Shown: positions 1-9,321, counted from the stretch's first letter. The stretch: 64,000 bases of DNA from Thermodesulfobacteriota bacterium (GCA_965205855.1 OZ242184.1:1152001-1216000); one strand, 5' to 3'. Numbers and translations: made by a program. Notes: a model not told the origin generated them from the sequence alone.

Positions 1-25
1 CCGAAAGCATAACGGGACCGAAAAA

Positions 26-871
26 GTGAAACTACTTCTGATAATCACCGGTCTTTCCGGCGCGGGAAAAAGCACGGCACTAAGTCTTTTTGAAGATATG
101 AATTTTATGTGCACCGATAATATGCCGACAAACCTGATAATTCCTTTTGTGGAAGAGCACGAGGGGCCCTTTGCCGTTGTTGTTGATTCCCGAACCCTCG
201 GAGGAAATCTTTTTGAAAGCATCTCCGGGGTCGCGGAGGAATTAAAAAGCCGCGCGAAGGTTGAGATTGTCTTTCTTGAATCCTCGGATGAAACGCTTTT
301 GAAACGCTACGGAGAAACACGCAGAAACCATCCTCTCGCGAGGGACGGAAACATTGCTGAGGGAATAAAAAAAGAGCGGTTTCTGCTAAAGGGGTTGAGA
401 GAAAATTCGGACACCATCCTGGATACAAGCCACCTCAACACTCATGAACTCAGGGAGCGGCTTGCGTCTTCGGTATCGGTGAAAGAAACACGCGATATGC
501 GAGTCAACATAACCTCTTTCGGGTTCAAGCACGGCCGTCCTCCCGACGCGGATATGGTATTTGACGCGCGTATCCTACCAAATCCGAACTTCACCCCGCA
601 GCTCAAACCCCTCAACGGGAAGGACGGGGAAATCAGGGAGTTTGTTTTCTCGGGCGGAGTCGCCGAAAGGTTTCTTGACAAAACCGCGGACATAATTGAT
701 TTTGTAGTCGGTTCATACAAGGGAAAGGATAAACTTTATCTGAATGTCGCAATCGGGTGCACGGGAGGCAGACACAGGTCTGTCGCAATCGCGGAAGCGC
801 TTGGAGAAAGACTCACGACCGGCAACATAAAAGATATGAGCGTAAGCCACAGGGACATAGGGAAAAACTGA
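26..871 (+). CDS. rapZ: RNase adapter / P-loop ATPase RapZ (YvcJ)
   Basis: N-terminal TGLSGAGKST Walker A, DNMP, SFGFKHG and C-terminal GCTGGRHRS motifs; adjacent to PTS IIA. Confidence 0.93.
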   Translation: MKLLLIITGLSGAGKSTALSLFEDMNFMCTDNMPTNLIIPFVEEHEGPFAVVVDSRTLGGNLFESISGVAEELKSRAKVEIVFLESSDETLLKRYGETRRNHPLARDGNIAEGIKKERFLLKGLRENSDTILDTSHLNTHELRERLASSVSVKETRDMRVNITSFGFKHGRPPDADMVFDARILPNPNFTPQLKPLNGKDGEIREFVFSGGVAERFLDKTADIIDFVVGSYKGKDKLYLNVAIGCTGGRHRSVAIAEALGERLTTGNIKDMSVSHRDIGKN

Positions 872-872
872 G

Positions 873-1307
873 ATGAAACTCATACTTGTCGTAACACACG
901 GGGAGCTTGCCGATGAACTCATAAAAACTGTTGAGTTTGTTCTCGGTGAAAAGCCCGCCGTTGAAATCAGAAGCGTCTCATTTGTCCCCAAAGGCGGATT
1001 TGAAGCGCTGTCGGGCGAGATAAAAAAACACCTCAAGGGCAACTGGAAAGGAGTAATAATCCTGACCGATATGTTCGGAGGAACACCGTCAAACGTCAGT
1101 CTTACCTTCCTTGAGCCGGGAGAGGTTGAGATTCTAACTGGCGTAAACCTCCCGATGCTTTTAAAACTCGCCACCCTCAAACCGGACACGCCCATTGAGA
1201 AATCCGTAAACGCGGCGAAAAAAGCCGGCAGAGAAAATGTTGTTTCGGCAAGCGATATTCTAAACAAAAGCATCACGAGAAAAACATCCGGAAAAGGCGC
1301 GAAATGA
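873..1307 (+). CDS. PTS mannose/fructose-family EIIA component
   Basis: VVTHG phospho-His motif, TDMFGGTPSN, GVNLPML. Confidence 0.9.
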   Translation: MKLILVVTHGELADELIKTVEFVLGEKPAVEIRSVSFVPKGGFEALSGEIKKHLKGNWKGVIILTDMFGGTPSNVSLTFLEPGEVEILTGVNLPMLLKLATLKPDTPIEKSVNAAKKAGRENVVSASDILNKSITRKTSGKGAK

Positions 1308-1633
1308 ACGAAGAACAGTTCAACAAAGCGGTTGATAGGTGGAAAAAGTTCATACTGAACGGCCCCCTTGCCGAATACAGCCTTGAGATAGACCCCAAAA
1401 TTCCGAGAGAGTTCGCCGCAGTCGCATTATTTCTGGATATTCAGACCATCAGAGCATCGGGAAACGAGGGAAAATACTACGAGGGTTACAGGGAGGCGTC
1501 TTCGGACACTCTGAAATTTATGGGAATTGAGATGTTTCAGGACGATTCGCAAAAGAAAATAGCGCTTGTTCCCTCATCCCACGACCCCGAGGCGCAGGCG
1601 AAACTCACCCGCTCAATGTGGGGAGAAGTGTAA
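1304..1633 (+). CDS. hypothetical protein (109 aa)
   Basis: ATGA overlap with the EIIA stop; fills operon gap; no recognisable motif. Confidence 0.7.
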   Translation: MNEEQFNKAVDRWKKFILNGPLAEYSLEIDPKIPREFAAVALFLDIQTIRASGNEGKYYEGYREASSDTLKFMGIEMFQDDSQKKIALVPSSHDPEAQAKLTRSMWGEV

Positions 1634-1650
1634 AAACCGCCAGAGATGCC

Positions 1651-2448
1651 ATGCGGCTTGTTGACAGATTTGACGCCTTTCTCATAGATATTGACGGCAC
1701 GGTGGTATCGGGAGAAAAACCTGTTGCGAAATCCAAAAACTCTCTGCGGAAACTGCGTAAAACGGGAAAGCCCTTTCTGTTTGTAACAAACAACGCGCGG
1801 CTCACGCCTGCGAAATGGGCAACTCGGCTTGAGAAAACCGGAATAGAGGCGAAACCGGATGAAGTTGTAACATCGGCAAATTCAACCGCGGATTTCATAA
1901 AACGGAAATATAAAAACCCCGAATTAAAAAAAGCGTTTGTATCGGGCAGTGTCGCGCTTGTTTCCGAGGTAAAGAAAACCGGAATTAAACTTATAAAACC
2001 CGATGAGGTTTGTGGCGGATGCGATCTTGTAATAATCGGCGGACATCCGGGTTTCGGGTATGCGGATATTGCTACGGCGGGAACCGCGATAATAAACGGC
2101 GCGGAGTTTATTGCGACAAATTCAAATTTTGTCTATCCGGCGGGGGATGGAAGATTTATGCCCGCAACTGGGGCGCTTGCGGCGGCTATAGAAAAAGTTT
2201 CAGGGAAAAGGCCAGTAATTACGGGGAAACCGCATCGGGGGATTTTCAGAATGTGTCTGGAGATTCTCGGTGTGCCAGCAGATAAAATGGCGGTTGTTGG
2301 AGACAGTTTGAAAACTGATATAAAAGGCGGAAAACAGGCGGGGGTTAAAACTGTTCTTACGCTTACGGGGATTTCATCGCGGGAAGATGCGGGAAAGTTT
2401 CGGTATAAGCCGGATTATGTGATTGGGGATTTGAGTGGGTTATTTTGA
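1651..2448 (+). CDS. HAD-IIA family hydrolase (NagD-like)
   Basis: DIDGT motif I, TNN, GKP, VVGDSLKTDI motif IV; ATG at 1651 preferred over the track start at 1618. Confidence 0.9.
   Translation: MRLVDRFDAFLIDIDGTVVSGEKPVAKSKNSLRKLRKTGKPFLFVTNNARLTPAKWATRLEKTGIEAKPDEVVTSANSTADFIKRKYKNPELKKAFVSGSVALVSEVKKTGIKLIKPDEVCGGCDLVIIGGHPGFGYADIATAGTAIINGAEFIATNSNFVYPAGDGRFMPATGALAAAIEKVSGKRPVITGKPHRGIFRMCLEILGVPADKMAVVGDSLKTDIKGGKQAGVKTVLTLTGISSREDAGKFRYKPDYVIGDLSGLF
2293..2448 (+). repeat. 3' end of HAD gene, copy 1 of a three-copy direct repeat
   Basis: 156 bp aligns without gaps to 5145-5300 (13 mismatches by manual count); last 36 bp match 4308-4343. Confidence 0.95.
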
Positions 2449-2512
2449 GAAGTTAGTATTATATACTAGATAGCAGTCGTTTCTGGTAGAATTCACTTAT
2501 CGGGAGAATTTG

Positions 2513-3700
2513 ATGAAAATTGAAAATTTAAAACTAAAAAATTTTAAGGCTTTTCGTAACACAGAAATGACTAACCTGCCTGGTTTCTGCGTTATAGTCG
2601 GTGCCAACGGTAGTGGCAAAAGTACTATCTTCAGTGTGTTTGGGTTCTTGCGCGATGCAATGAATGCAAATGTTAATACAGCACTGACACGCCTTGGAGG
2701 TAGTAAGGGCTTTCAAGAGGTGCGAAGTCGTAAATCTGATGGTCCAATCGGAATTGAATTGAAGTTCCGTAAGGAAAGTGGAAGCCCACTGATAACATAC
2801 TATCTTGAGATTAATGAGAAGGATGGAAACGCCTTTGTGCAAAGAGAACTGCTTAAATATAGACGAGGAAGTCACGGACAACCATGGCGTTTTCTAGACT
2901 TCAACAATGGAAGTGGCATGGCAGTTACCAATGAACTTGATGAAGTTCGGCAGGATAGTGATTTAAAGCGAGAAGAACAGAAACTCAAATCCAATGACAT
3001 TCTTGCAATTAAGGGACTTGCACAATTTGAAAAGTTTCCAGCCGTTGTAGCGCTGGGAAATCTGATTGAGCGTTGGCATATTTCTGATTTTCATATTAGT
3101 AAAGCAAGACCTGAACAAGAAGCCGGTTATGCCGAACATCTTTCACGAGAAGGAGAAAATCTCTCTCTGGTTGTAGAATATTTACACAATCATCACCAAA
3201 AAATATTTATTCAAATTCTTGAGTCACTGAAAAATCGAGTTCCCGGAATTTCCAATGTTGAATCAAAAACTACTGAAGAAGGCAGAGTATTATTAAAATT
3301 TCAAGATGGTGCCTTTGAAGACCCGTTTCTTGCACGCTATGTGTCAGACGGCACAATTAAAATGCTTGCTTATTTAACTCTGCTCTACGACCCTGCTCCC
3401 CATGACTTACTTTGCGTTGAAGAGCCAGAAAATCAGCTTTATCCTAAATTACTAGATGAACTGGCTGAAGAATTCAGAGGATATGCTGAACGAGGTGGTC
3501 AAGTGTTTGTTTCCACACACTCTCCAGATTTTTTAAATGCCACTAAATTGGACGAAGTTTTCTGGTTGGAAAAACAGGGTGGTTATACTGCAATTAAAAG
3601 AGCATCAAAGGATGGGCAAGTCAAGAGATATATGCAAGACGGTGACAAGATGGGTTATCTTTGGAAAGAAGGCTTTTTCGGAGATGTAAACCCGAAATGA
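2513..3700 (+). CDS. ABC/AAA_21-type ATPase (OLD/PARIS-like defence ATPase)
   Basis: N-terminal KNFKAF, Walker A GANGSGKS, signature VSDGT, Walker B/D-loop LLCVEEPENQLYP, H-loop STHS; AT-rich. Confidence 0.88.
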   Translation: MKIENLKLKNFKAFRNTEMTNLPGFCVIVGANGSGKSTIFSVFGFLRDAMNANVNTALTRLGGSKGFQEVRSRKSDGPIGIELKFRKESGSPLITYYLEINEKDGNAFVQRELLKYRRGSHGQPWRFLDFNNGSGMAVTNELDEVRQDSDLKREEQKLKSNDILAIKGLAQFEKFPAVVALGNLIERWHISDFHISKARPEQEAGYAEHLSREGENLSLVVEYLHNHHQKIFIQILESLKNRVPGISNVESKTTEEGRVLLKFQDGAFEDPFLARYVSDGTIKMLAYLTLLYDPAPHDLLCVEEPENQLYPKLLDELAEEFRGYAERGGQVFVSTHSPDFLNATKLDEVFWLEKQGGYTAIKRASKDGQVKRYMQDGDKMGYLWKEGFFGDVNPK

Positions 3701-4257
3701 GGACTCTTGCTTGTTTCCTTGAGGAACCTTCGGCACAAGAAATGTTGAAAGGTATTTTACCTCGTCTCTTACCCGAAGATATTTATGTTCGCTATATTAT
3801 ATTTGAAGGCAAACAAGACTTAGACAAAAAAGTTGAACGGAAACTTAGGAGTTGGTTAAAGCCAAATTCACTATTTTTAATAATGAGAGATCAAGACATG
3901 AATGATTGTAGAGATATTAAGCAATCTCTAATGCAGAAAATTCATAAAAGCAAAAAGTCTAATTCTGCTTGTTGCGTAAGAATTGCATGTCACGAACTGG
4001 AAAGCTTCTATCTTGGAGATTTAGATGCTGTAAAAAATGGACTTGCAATTAACAATATACAAACAAGCTACTCAGACCCCGACAGCATACAAAACCCTTC
4101 TCAACTATTGAAAAAAATAACTCGTAACAAATATAAAAAAATTGCTGGCTCAAGAAAAATTGCACACTATCTCAATCTGGATGGCAGGAATTGCTCCAGA
4201 AGTTTCAATGCTCTACTATATGGATTGAGAACACTAACAAATATAACTCTCTATTAA
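3697..4257 (+). CDS. DUF4276-family (TOPRIM-like) protein
   Basis: ATGA-coupled to the ATPase; FLEEPS, FEGKQDL, RDQD (DxD), HELESFYLGD motifs typical of DUF4276. Confidence 0.75.
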   Translation: MRTLACFLEEPSAQEMLKGILPRLLPEDIYVRYIIFEGKQDLDKKVERKLRSWLKPNSLFLIMRDQDMNDCRDIKQSLMQKIHKSKKSNSACCVRIACHELESFYLGDLDAVKNGLAINNIQTSYSDPDSIQNPSQLLKKITRNKYKKIAGSRKIAHYLNLDGRNCSRSFNALLYGLRTLTNITLY

Positions 4258-4307
4258 TCTTTGCAGAAATTTCATTGAAGACACAAAGAGGCTTCATTAT
4301 AAACATA

Positions 4308-4343
4308 GATTATGTGATTGAGGATTTGAGTGGGTTATTTTAG
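4308..4343 (+). repeat. 36-bp copy of HAD gene 3' end
   Basis: GATTATGTGATTGAGGATTTGAGTGGGTTATTTTAG vs 2413-2448 GATTATGTGATTGGGGATTTGAGTGGGTTATTTTGA. Confidence 0.9.
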
Positions 4344-4348
4344 AAATA

Positions 4349-4570
4349 TCAGGATTTTGTAAATTCAGATCTGGACAATCTGGTTTTTCTTATAATGGAT
4401 TTTAGAGTGCCTACGGGTATGTCTTTTGACTTGCGGGGAACAGTAACCTCTATCCCGCTTTTGGCATGAACATATGTAAAATGACTTCCTTTTGTCCGGT
4501 CAAGTCTAAACCCGTTATTCATAAGGATTTCCCTAACCTTGAGGAAAGGCAGAGGTCTCAGTTTGCTCAA
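4349..4570 (-). CDS. hicA: type II TA toxin HicA family
   Basis: 73 aa basic protein; GF..RTKGSH..Y.H, VTVP, GTLKSI motifs. Confidence 0.88.
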   Translation of the reverse strand: MSKLRPLPFLKVREILMNNGFRLDRTKGSHFTYVHAKSGIEVTVPRKSKDIPVGTLKSIIRKTRLSRSEFTKS

Positions 4571-4824
4571 CTGTTAAGATCCAGAGGTATTATCTTTCTG
4601 ACACTATCCAGAGGAATTGTCAGGTCTGGTTGAATCGCATTCGTAATCACTTTTCCAATATCTTCACCGGAGGCGCCGGAAATGTGCAATTCCACGGCTT
4701 CTTTCAGACTGTCAACTGCTTCCTCGACTGTCTCCCCATAACTGGAAACATCTACATTAAGGCATTGAGATACAAAAACATCTTCTTCCTGCCAAACTGC
4801 AATATCAATAACAACTTTTTCCAT
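4567..4824 (-). CDS. hicB: type II TA antitoxin HicB family (short, no obvious DNA-binding domain)
   Basis: acidic; SYGETVEEAVDSLKEAVEL HicB motif; 4-bp overlap with hicA. Confidence 0.82.
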   Translation of the reverse strand: MEKVVIDIAVWQEEDVFVSQCLNVDVSSYGETVEEAVDSLKEAVELHISGASGEDIGKVITNAIQPDLTIPLDSVRKIIPLDLNS

Positions 4825-4876
4825 TAACTCACCTCTTACTATAGGGAAGGAATTATAGTTTCCATCTGTGTAAGTG

Positions 4877-5144
4877 TCAAAGTTTCAGATACACGTTATA
4901 CATCTCAAACCGTAAGCCAGCCTTCAAAAAATCTGACTCCATTTTCCTTTCACAAAGCAAATACAACTTCTCTTTTGCTCTCGTCATTCCCACATAAAAT
5001 AGTCTTTGCTCCTCTGCCAACACTTTGGCAGGTGTTGAACCAAAAATCTCATTAAGGCTCTCATCAGGATGTATAAGCGGATACTCCCCTTGATTAACAC
5101 AAAGCATAATTACAATATCTGCTTCAAGTCCCTTAAAACTGTGT
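4877..5144 (-). pseudogene. C-terminal remnant of a UvrD/Rep-type helicase
   Basis: Reads THSFKGLEADIVIML...EEQRLFYVGMTRAKEKLYLL (motifs V and VI); the 5' part is missing and replaced by the HAD repeat. Confidence 0.85.
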
Positions 5145-5300
5145 GTTGTTGGAGACAGTTTGAAAACTGATATAAAAGGCGGAAAACAGGCGAGGATTAA
5201 AACTGTTTTTACGCTTATGGGAATTTCATCGCGGGAGAATTCTGGAAAGTTTCGGTATAAGCCGGATTATGTGATTGAGGGTTTGAGTGGGTTGTTTTAA
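5145..5300 (+). repeat. 156-bp diverged copy of HAD gene 3' end (in-frame fragment)
   Basis: Translates VGDSLKTDIKGGKQARIKTVFTLMGISSRENSGKFRYKPDYVIEGLSGLF*. Confidence 0.95.
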
Positions 5301-5348
5301 GAACGACGACTCCAAATCTTCTCCATAAATAGATTTAAACCTGAAATG

Positions 5349-8039
5349 TCAATGTGTCGGCAGACTTTCTGTGTAAGAACACTTTGCAACACTATTATAT
5401 TGAGAACAACCTAAAAACTCCCCATAACTACCTGTTTTTCTTTCCAAAACACCCTTTCCACACTGCGGGCAAATTTTGTACTTAAGCCCACAAAAGCATA
5501 TATAAGACTTGTTACTATCCAGCTCATTTAAGTCAACGGCAGCGTCACATCCTTCATTTGTACAAATTGGCAAAACACCATTACATAAGGGCCAATGTGA
5601 ACAACCATAGAAATATTTGCCATCATTGGTTGGTTTTTTTTGAATTGTTTGCCCCTTACACTCAGGGCAGAACAGTATCATTGATACTGCATTCTTCTCT
5701 ACATCAACAAAAGGTTCGTATACACCTTTACTTTCCTCCATTTTTCCCCTTGTATCTGCACGCGGTTCTATTTCCTTAATGAATTTGGACGCTTTCCCAG
5801 TTGGCACAAGTAGAAACACACCTTGTCGTGTACGAGTAACTGCAACGTAGAAAAGCCGTCTCTCTTCCGCGTTCGGGTAACTGTCATTATCCGGCAATAT
5901 CATTCTTAAAACTGGGTCATCTTGGACTTCAGACGGAAACCCCAAACCATCTGGATCTGATTTGTTTTCAAGTATGACAACCCAATCACTTTCTCTGCCT
6001 TTCGACTTGTGAATTGTGCTGAATTCCATGTCAACCTCATTTGATTTGGCGTATTGCGTAATCTCTCTCCACCTAACAGGCTTGTTGTAATTGTAGCGCC
6101 CCAGAACAAAACATTTATGTGTTTTTTGCCCCGATTGGCTGACAATATAATCAACAACTTTATCAAATGCTTTCTTGTATTCCATTGGTTCGTGGTAAAT
6201 AATTTTTATTGGCCTATCTTCATCTTTGGAAGCAATGCTTGATTTAATATCTTTGTTTAATTGTGCTGGATTTTGCGTGATAAAGGTGCTACTAAAATCA
6301 CTAACTTTTTGAGGGTATCGAAATGTTTGGTCTAAATCAGTACGTTGCATTGCATCCACATAATTTTCAAAGCCTGTAATCAGGCTTACATTTGCGCCTT
6401 GAAATTGGTAAATAGATTGCCAATCATCACCAACGCAGAATAATCTGGCATTTTCTACCTGACTTTGTAGGGATAACAAGAACTCCAAACGAACCTTTGT
6501 TATGTCTTGATATTCATCCACCAGAATATATTTATAGTTAGATTGATATTTTCCATTTTTTACATATTCCATGCCATGAACAATCATATCAGTAAAATCT
6601 ACTTCGTCATCAGATTGCAATTTATCTTCATAGAATTTCCTCAGAATATTAAATATCAGTAAAAACGCTCGGTCTCTAATAGAAACTGAACTTTCTTCAA
6701 GTTTTTGTTTGTCTAATTTGTTTTCTCTACATAAAGAGAGAAACCGTACAACCAGTTTAATAAAATTGGGAATGGGCTTGAATCTATTTTCTACAATTTG
6801 GTTAATAGTTTTATTAGATATTTGCCGTTTTTTCACACCATAATTCACTAGTTTCTCTTCAAGAGATTTTGTCAATCCACCATTCTTTTTTGTTTCGTAA
6901 CTGTATGTTTCTACAAGACGGGTTTTATTCTGCTTGTGTATATTACGTTTCCACTCAATTCCTTCATTATATTCTTTTTTATTAACATAAGGGGCGGTAT
7001 TGCCATGCTCGTCAATGCCAAAGTGTTCAACCCATATATTATATTCCGGTAAATAAAAATCCGGTTTGTATTGTTTTTTGCTTTCGTTATGTGGGTAGTC
7101 CCGTTCGTATTCCCATTCTATACCATTCAGAATCAACCAGTTCGCAATCGCAACTTCCTGGCGACTTTTGAGTTTGCTACCATCAAGACTCCTAAGTTCA
7201 AAAGGGCTAATCCTGCTAAGATATTCATCTTTGGTTTTCACTCCCTTCTCCAGATCTCCTTCAAATTGGGAAGCAGTAAAGAAATTTATAAGCAAATCAT
7301 TGGTGGAGTTACTTTTGAACAATTCCTTTATTTTTTCAATAAAAAAACCTCCCATTTTCCTTTCATCATCTGCAAAACTGCTTATGACAACTTGGGTGCT
7401 TTCAGTCTCTCGCATAATCTCAAGACCGAGAGAATGGAATGTCGTAACTTTGATATCAGAGGATATTTTTTCAATTTTTTCCTCTATCTCCTCTTGGATT
7501 TTTTTATTGTAAACAACAATCAAAATTTCAGCAGGTTTTGCCAAATTCCACTCAAAAATATATTGAATTTTACCGAGTATGGTCCGAGTCTTACCAGAAC
7601 CCGCACCGGCATTAACTAAATTGGCATCTTCATCTCTTACAACAGCAAGCCGTTGAGATTCTGTCAACCCCAGACTGTCAAACAATTTCCCGGACTCTTC
7701 CAGACGCTTCCGAACAAATTGTTTGTTAATTTCATACGATAGACCATTCTGTCTTGCCTTGAGATAAGACAGACGCAAACTTTCATCAAAAAGGTCGGGA
7801 TTTATTAATGAATGGTCAAAAGTTTTTATATAAACGCCTTCACGCGAATTCAGCCATTTTTGCACTTTTGCGTTATTTAGGTATTCACCACCGGCAAGTC
7901 TTTCAAGTTTCGCTTTGGCATTTTCAAATAAAGTCAAAAAAGATTTTGCATATTTGGCGGATTTTTCTCTTTTTTTTCTTTTATGAAGAAAGTAGAGCGT
8001 AGTAATGGAAACTGCTACGACAACAATCAAACTAAACAT
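5349..8039 (-). CDS. UvrD/helicase IV-like SF1 helicase with N-terminal TM segment, inserted PD-(D/E)XK-like nuclease domain and C-terminal topoisomerase-type Zn ribbons
   Basis: AGAGSGKT, ILVDEYQD, VGDDWQSIY, TIHKSKGRE, EERRLFYVAVTR; KS.QEVAIANWL...YKPDFYL...VEHFG; CPEC/CPQC...FLGCS repeats. Confidence 0.85.
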   Translation of the reverse strand: MFSLIVVVAVSITTLYFLHKRKKREKSAKYAKSFLTLFENAKAKLERLAGGEYLNNAKVQKWLNSREGVYIKTFDHSLINPDLFDESLRLSYLKARQNGLSYEINKQFVRKRLEESGKLFDSLGLTESQRLAVVRDEDANLVNAGAGSGKTRTILGKIQYIFEWNLAKPAEILIVVYNKKIQEEIEEKIEKISSDIKVTTFHSLGLEIMRETESTQVVISSFADDERKMGGFFIEKIKELFKSNSTNDLLINFFTASQFEGDLEKGVKTKDEYLSRISPFELRSLDGSKLKSRQEVAIANWLILNGIEWEYERDYPHNESKKQYKPDFYLPEYNIWVEHFGIDEHGNTAPYVNKKEYNEGIEWKRNIHKQNKTRLVETYSYETKKNGGLTKSLEEKLVNYGVKKRQISNKTINQIVENRFKPIPNFIKLVVRFLSLCRENKLDKQKLEESSVSIRDRAFLLIFNILRKFYEDKLQSDDEVDFTDMIVHGMEYVKNGKYQSNYKYILVDEYQDITKVRLEFLLSLQSQVENARLFCVGDDWQSIYQFQGANVSLITGFENYVDAMQRTDLDQTFRYPQKVSDFSSTFITQNPAQLNKDIKSSIASKDEDRPIKIIYHEPMEYKKAFDKVVDYIVSQSGQKTHKCFVLGRYNYNKPVRWREITQYAKSNEVDMEFSTIHKSKGRESDWVVILENKSDPDGLGFPSEVQDDPVLRMILPDNDSYPNAEERRLFYVAVTRTRQGVFLLVPTGKASKFIKEIEPRADTRGKMEESKGVYEPFVDVEKNAVSMILFCPECKGQTIQKKPTNDGKYFYGCSHWPLCNGVLPICTNEGCDAAVDLNELDSNKSYICFCGLKYKICPQCGKGVLERKTGSYGEFLGCSQYNSVAKCSYTESLPTH

Positions 8040-8044
8040 ATCCC

Positions 8045-9292
8045 CTACCCTTTTCTAACTTCCTCCTGGTTCCTCAACCCAACCTTCGGTGCCTGCACAA
8101 GAACCGCCATTTTCCCCGAATGCTTATTCTCAAGCATATTCTGGTGCGCAAGCGGAATATCCTTATATTCAAAAACTTCCGAAATCACCGGATTTATAAT
8201 CCCCTTCTCAACAAGCGCGTTTGCGCGAATGCACTCGAGCGCATTCGCAAAATGTGAGCCGAGAATTTTTTTCTGGTGCATCCACAGATAGCGCACATCA
8301 AACGAGCAGTCATAACCCGTTGTTCCCGCGCAAATTACAATCCTTCCGAAACGGTTGCACACAAAAACGCTTGTCGGAAAAGTCCCCTCTCCGGGATGCT
8401 CAAAAACAACATTGGGGTTTTTTCTCTCCCCCATAATCTCCCAAATCGCCTTGCCGAATTTCTTTGTGTCGTCCAACCGCTCTTTTTTACGCTCCGGGCT
8501 TTCGTCCTTTGAATACATCAGTTTCGGAAAGTTTTTTCTGTTAATCGCCCCCTTCGCACCGAGTTCCACGCACATCTTCGCCTTTTCTTCGGAGGAGACA
8601 ACCGCGATTGCGTCCGCGCCCATCATTTTGCAGATCTGTATCGCAAACACTCCGAGCCCTCCGGCACCGCCCCAGATAAGAGCAAGCTCTCCGGGCTGAA
8701 TGTCGCACTGTGAAACCAGCATTCTGTAGGCGGTGAAATAGCAAAGCCCGTATGAAGCCGCCTCCTCCCATGTGAGATGGGCGGGTTTTGAGAGAATCTG
8801 CTGCGCCTGAACGCATGTGAACTGCGCAAACGAGCCGTTTGGGGTTTCGTATCCCCAAATCTGGTCTCCGGGACTTGCCATCGGGTCGTATGTTACAAAA
8901 TCCGCCGCGCTCTTTGTGCGTCTGGCATGCGAATAGTCCTCAACGTTGCAGTGGATAATCACCTCATCGCCCGGTTTCCAGCTTTTGACCTCGCTTCCTA
9001 CAGCCCAGACAATTCCCGCGGCATCGCTACCCGCTATGTGAAAATCCTGCTTGTGAATATCAAGAACCGACACCGGCTCTCCGAGACCCGCCCAGACGCC
9101 GTTGAAGTTGACGCCCGCCGCCATTACAAGAACAAGAACCTCGTCCGGCCCCGGCTTCGGAACAGCAATGGTCTCCTCCTGAAACGACTTCATCGGCTCA
9201 CCGTGCCGCTCCTTGCGTATAACCCATGCCTTCATCTTCTCAGGCATTTCCCCGATTTCGGGGAGAGTTCCCATTTCTATTGTTTCAGCCAT
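8045..9292 (-). CDS. ccr: crotonyl-CoA carboxylase/reductase
   Basis: VMAAGVNFNGVWAG, IAGSDAAG, IWGYETPNGSFAQF, DVRYLWMHQKKILGSHFAN are hallmark Ccr motifs. Confidence 0.93.
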   Translation of the reverse strand: MAETIEMGTLPEIGEMPEKMKAWVIRKERHGEPMKSFQEETIAVPKPGPDEVLVLVMAAGVNFNGVWAGLGEPVSVLDIHKQDFHIAGSDAAGIVWAVGSEVKSWKPGDEVIIHCNVEDYSHARRTKSAADFVTYDPMASPGDQIWGYETPNGSFAQFTCVQAQQILSKPAHLTWEEAASYGLCYFTAYRMLVSQCDIQPGELALIWGGAGGLGVFAIQICKMMGADAIAVVSSEEKAKMCVELGAKGAINRKNFPKLMYSKDESPERKKERLDDTKKFGKAIWEIMGERKNPNVVFEHPGEGTFPTSVFVCNRFGRIVICAGTTGYDCSFDVRYLWMHQKKILGSHFANALECIRANALVEKGIINPVISEVFEYKDIPLAHQNMLENKHSGKMAVLVQAPKVGLRNQEEVRKG

Positions 9293-9321
9293 TTTTTTTG
9301 CCCTCCGTTTGTTTTGCTTTG

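Noticed and set aside
2293-5300. Repeats considered as a CRISPR array or integron attC sites
   Set aside because: The spacing is kb-scale, the lengths are unequal, there is no palindromic attC structure and no cas/intI gene; the repeats are clearly fragments of the HAD CDS.
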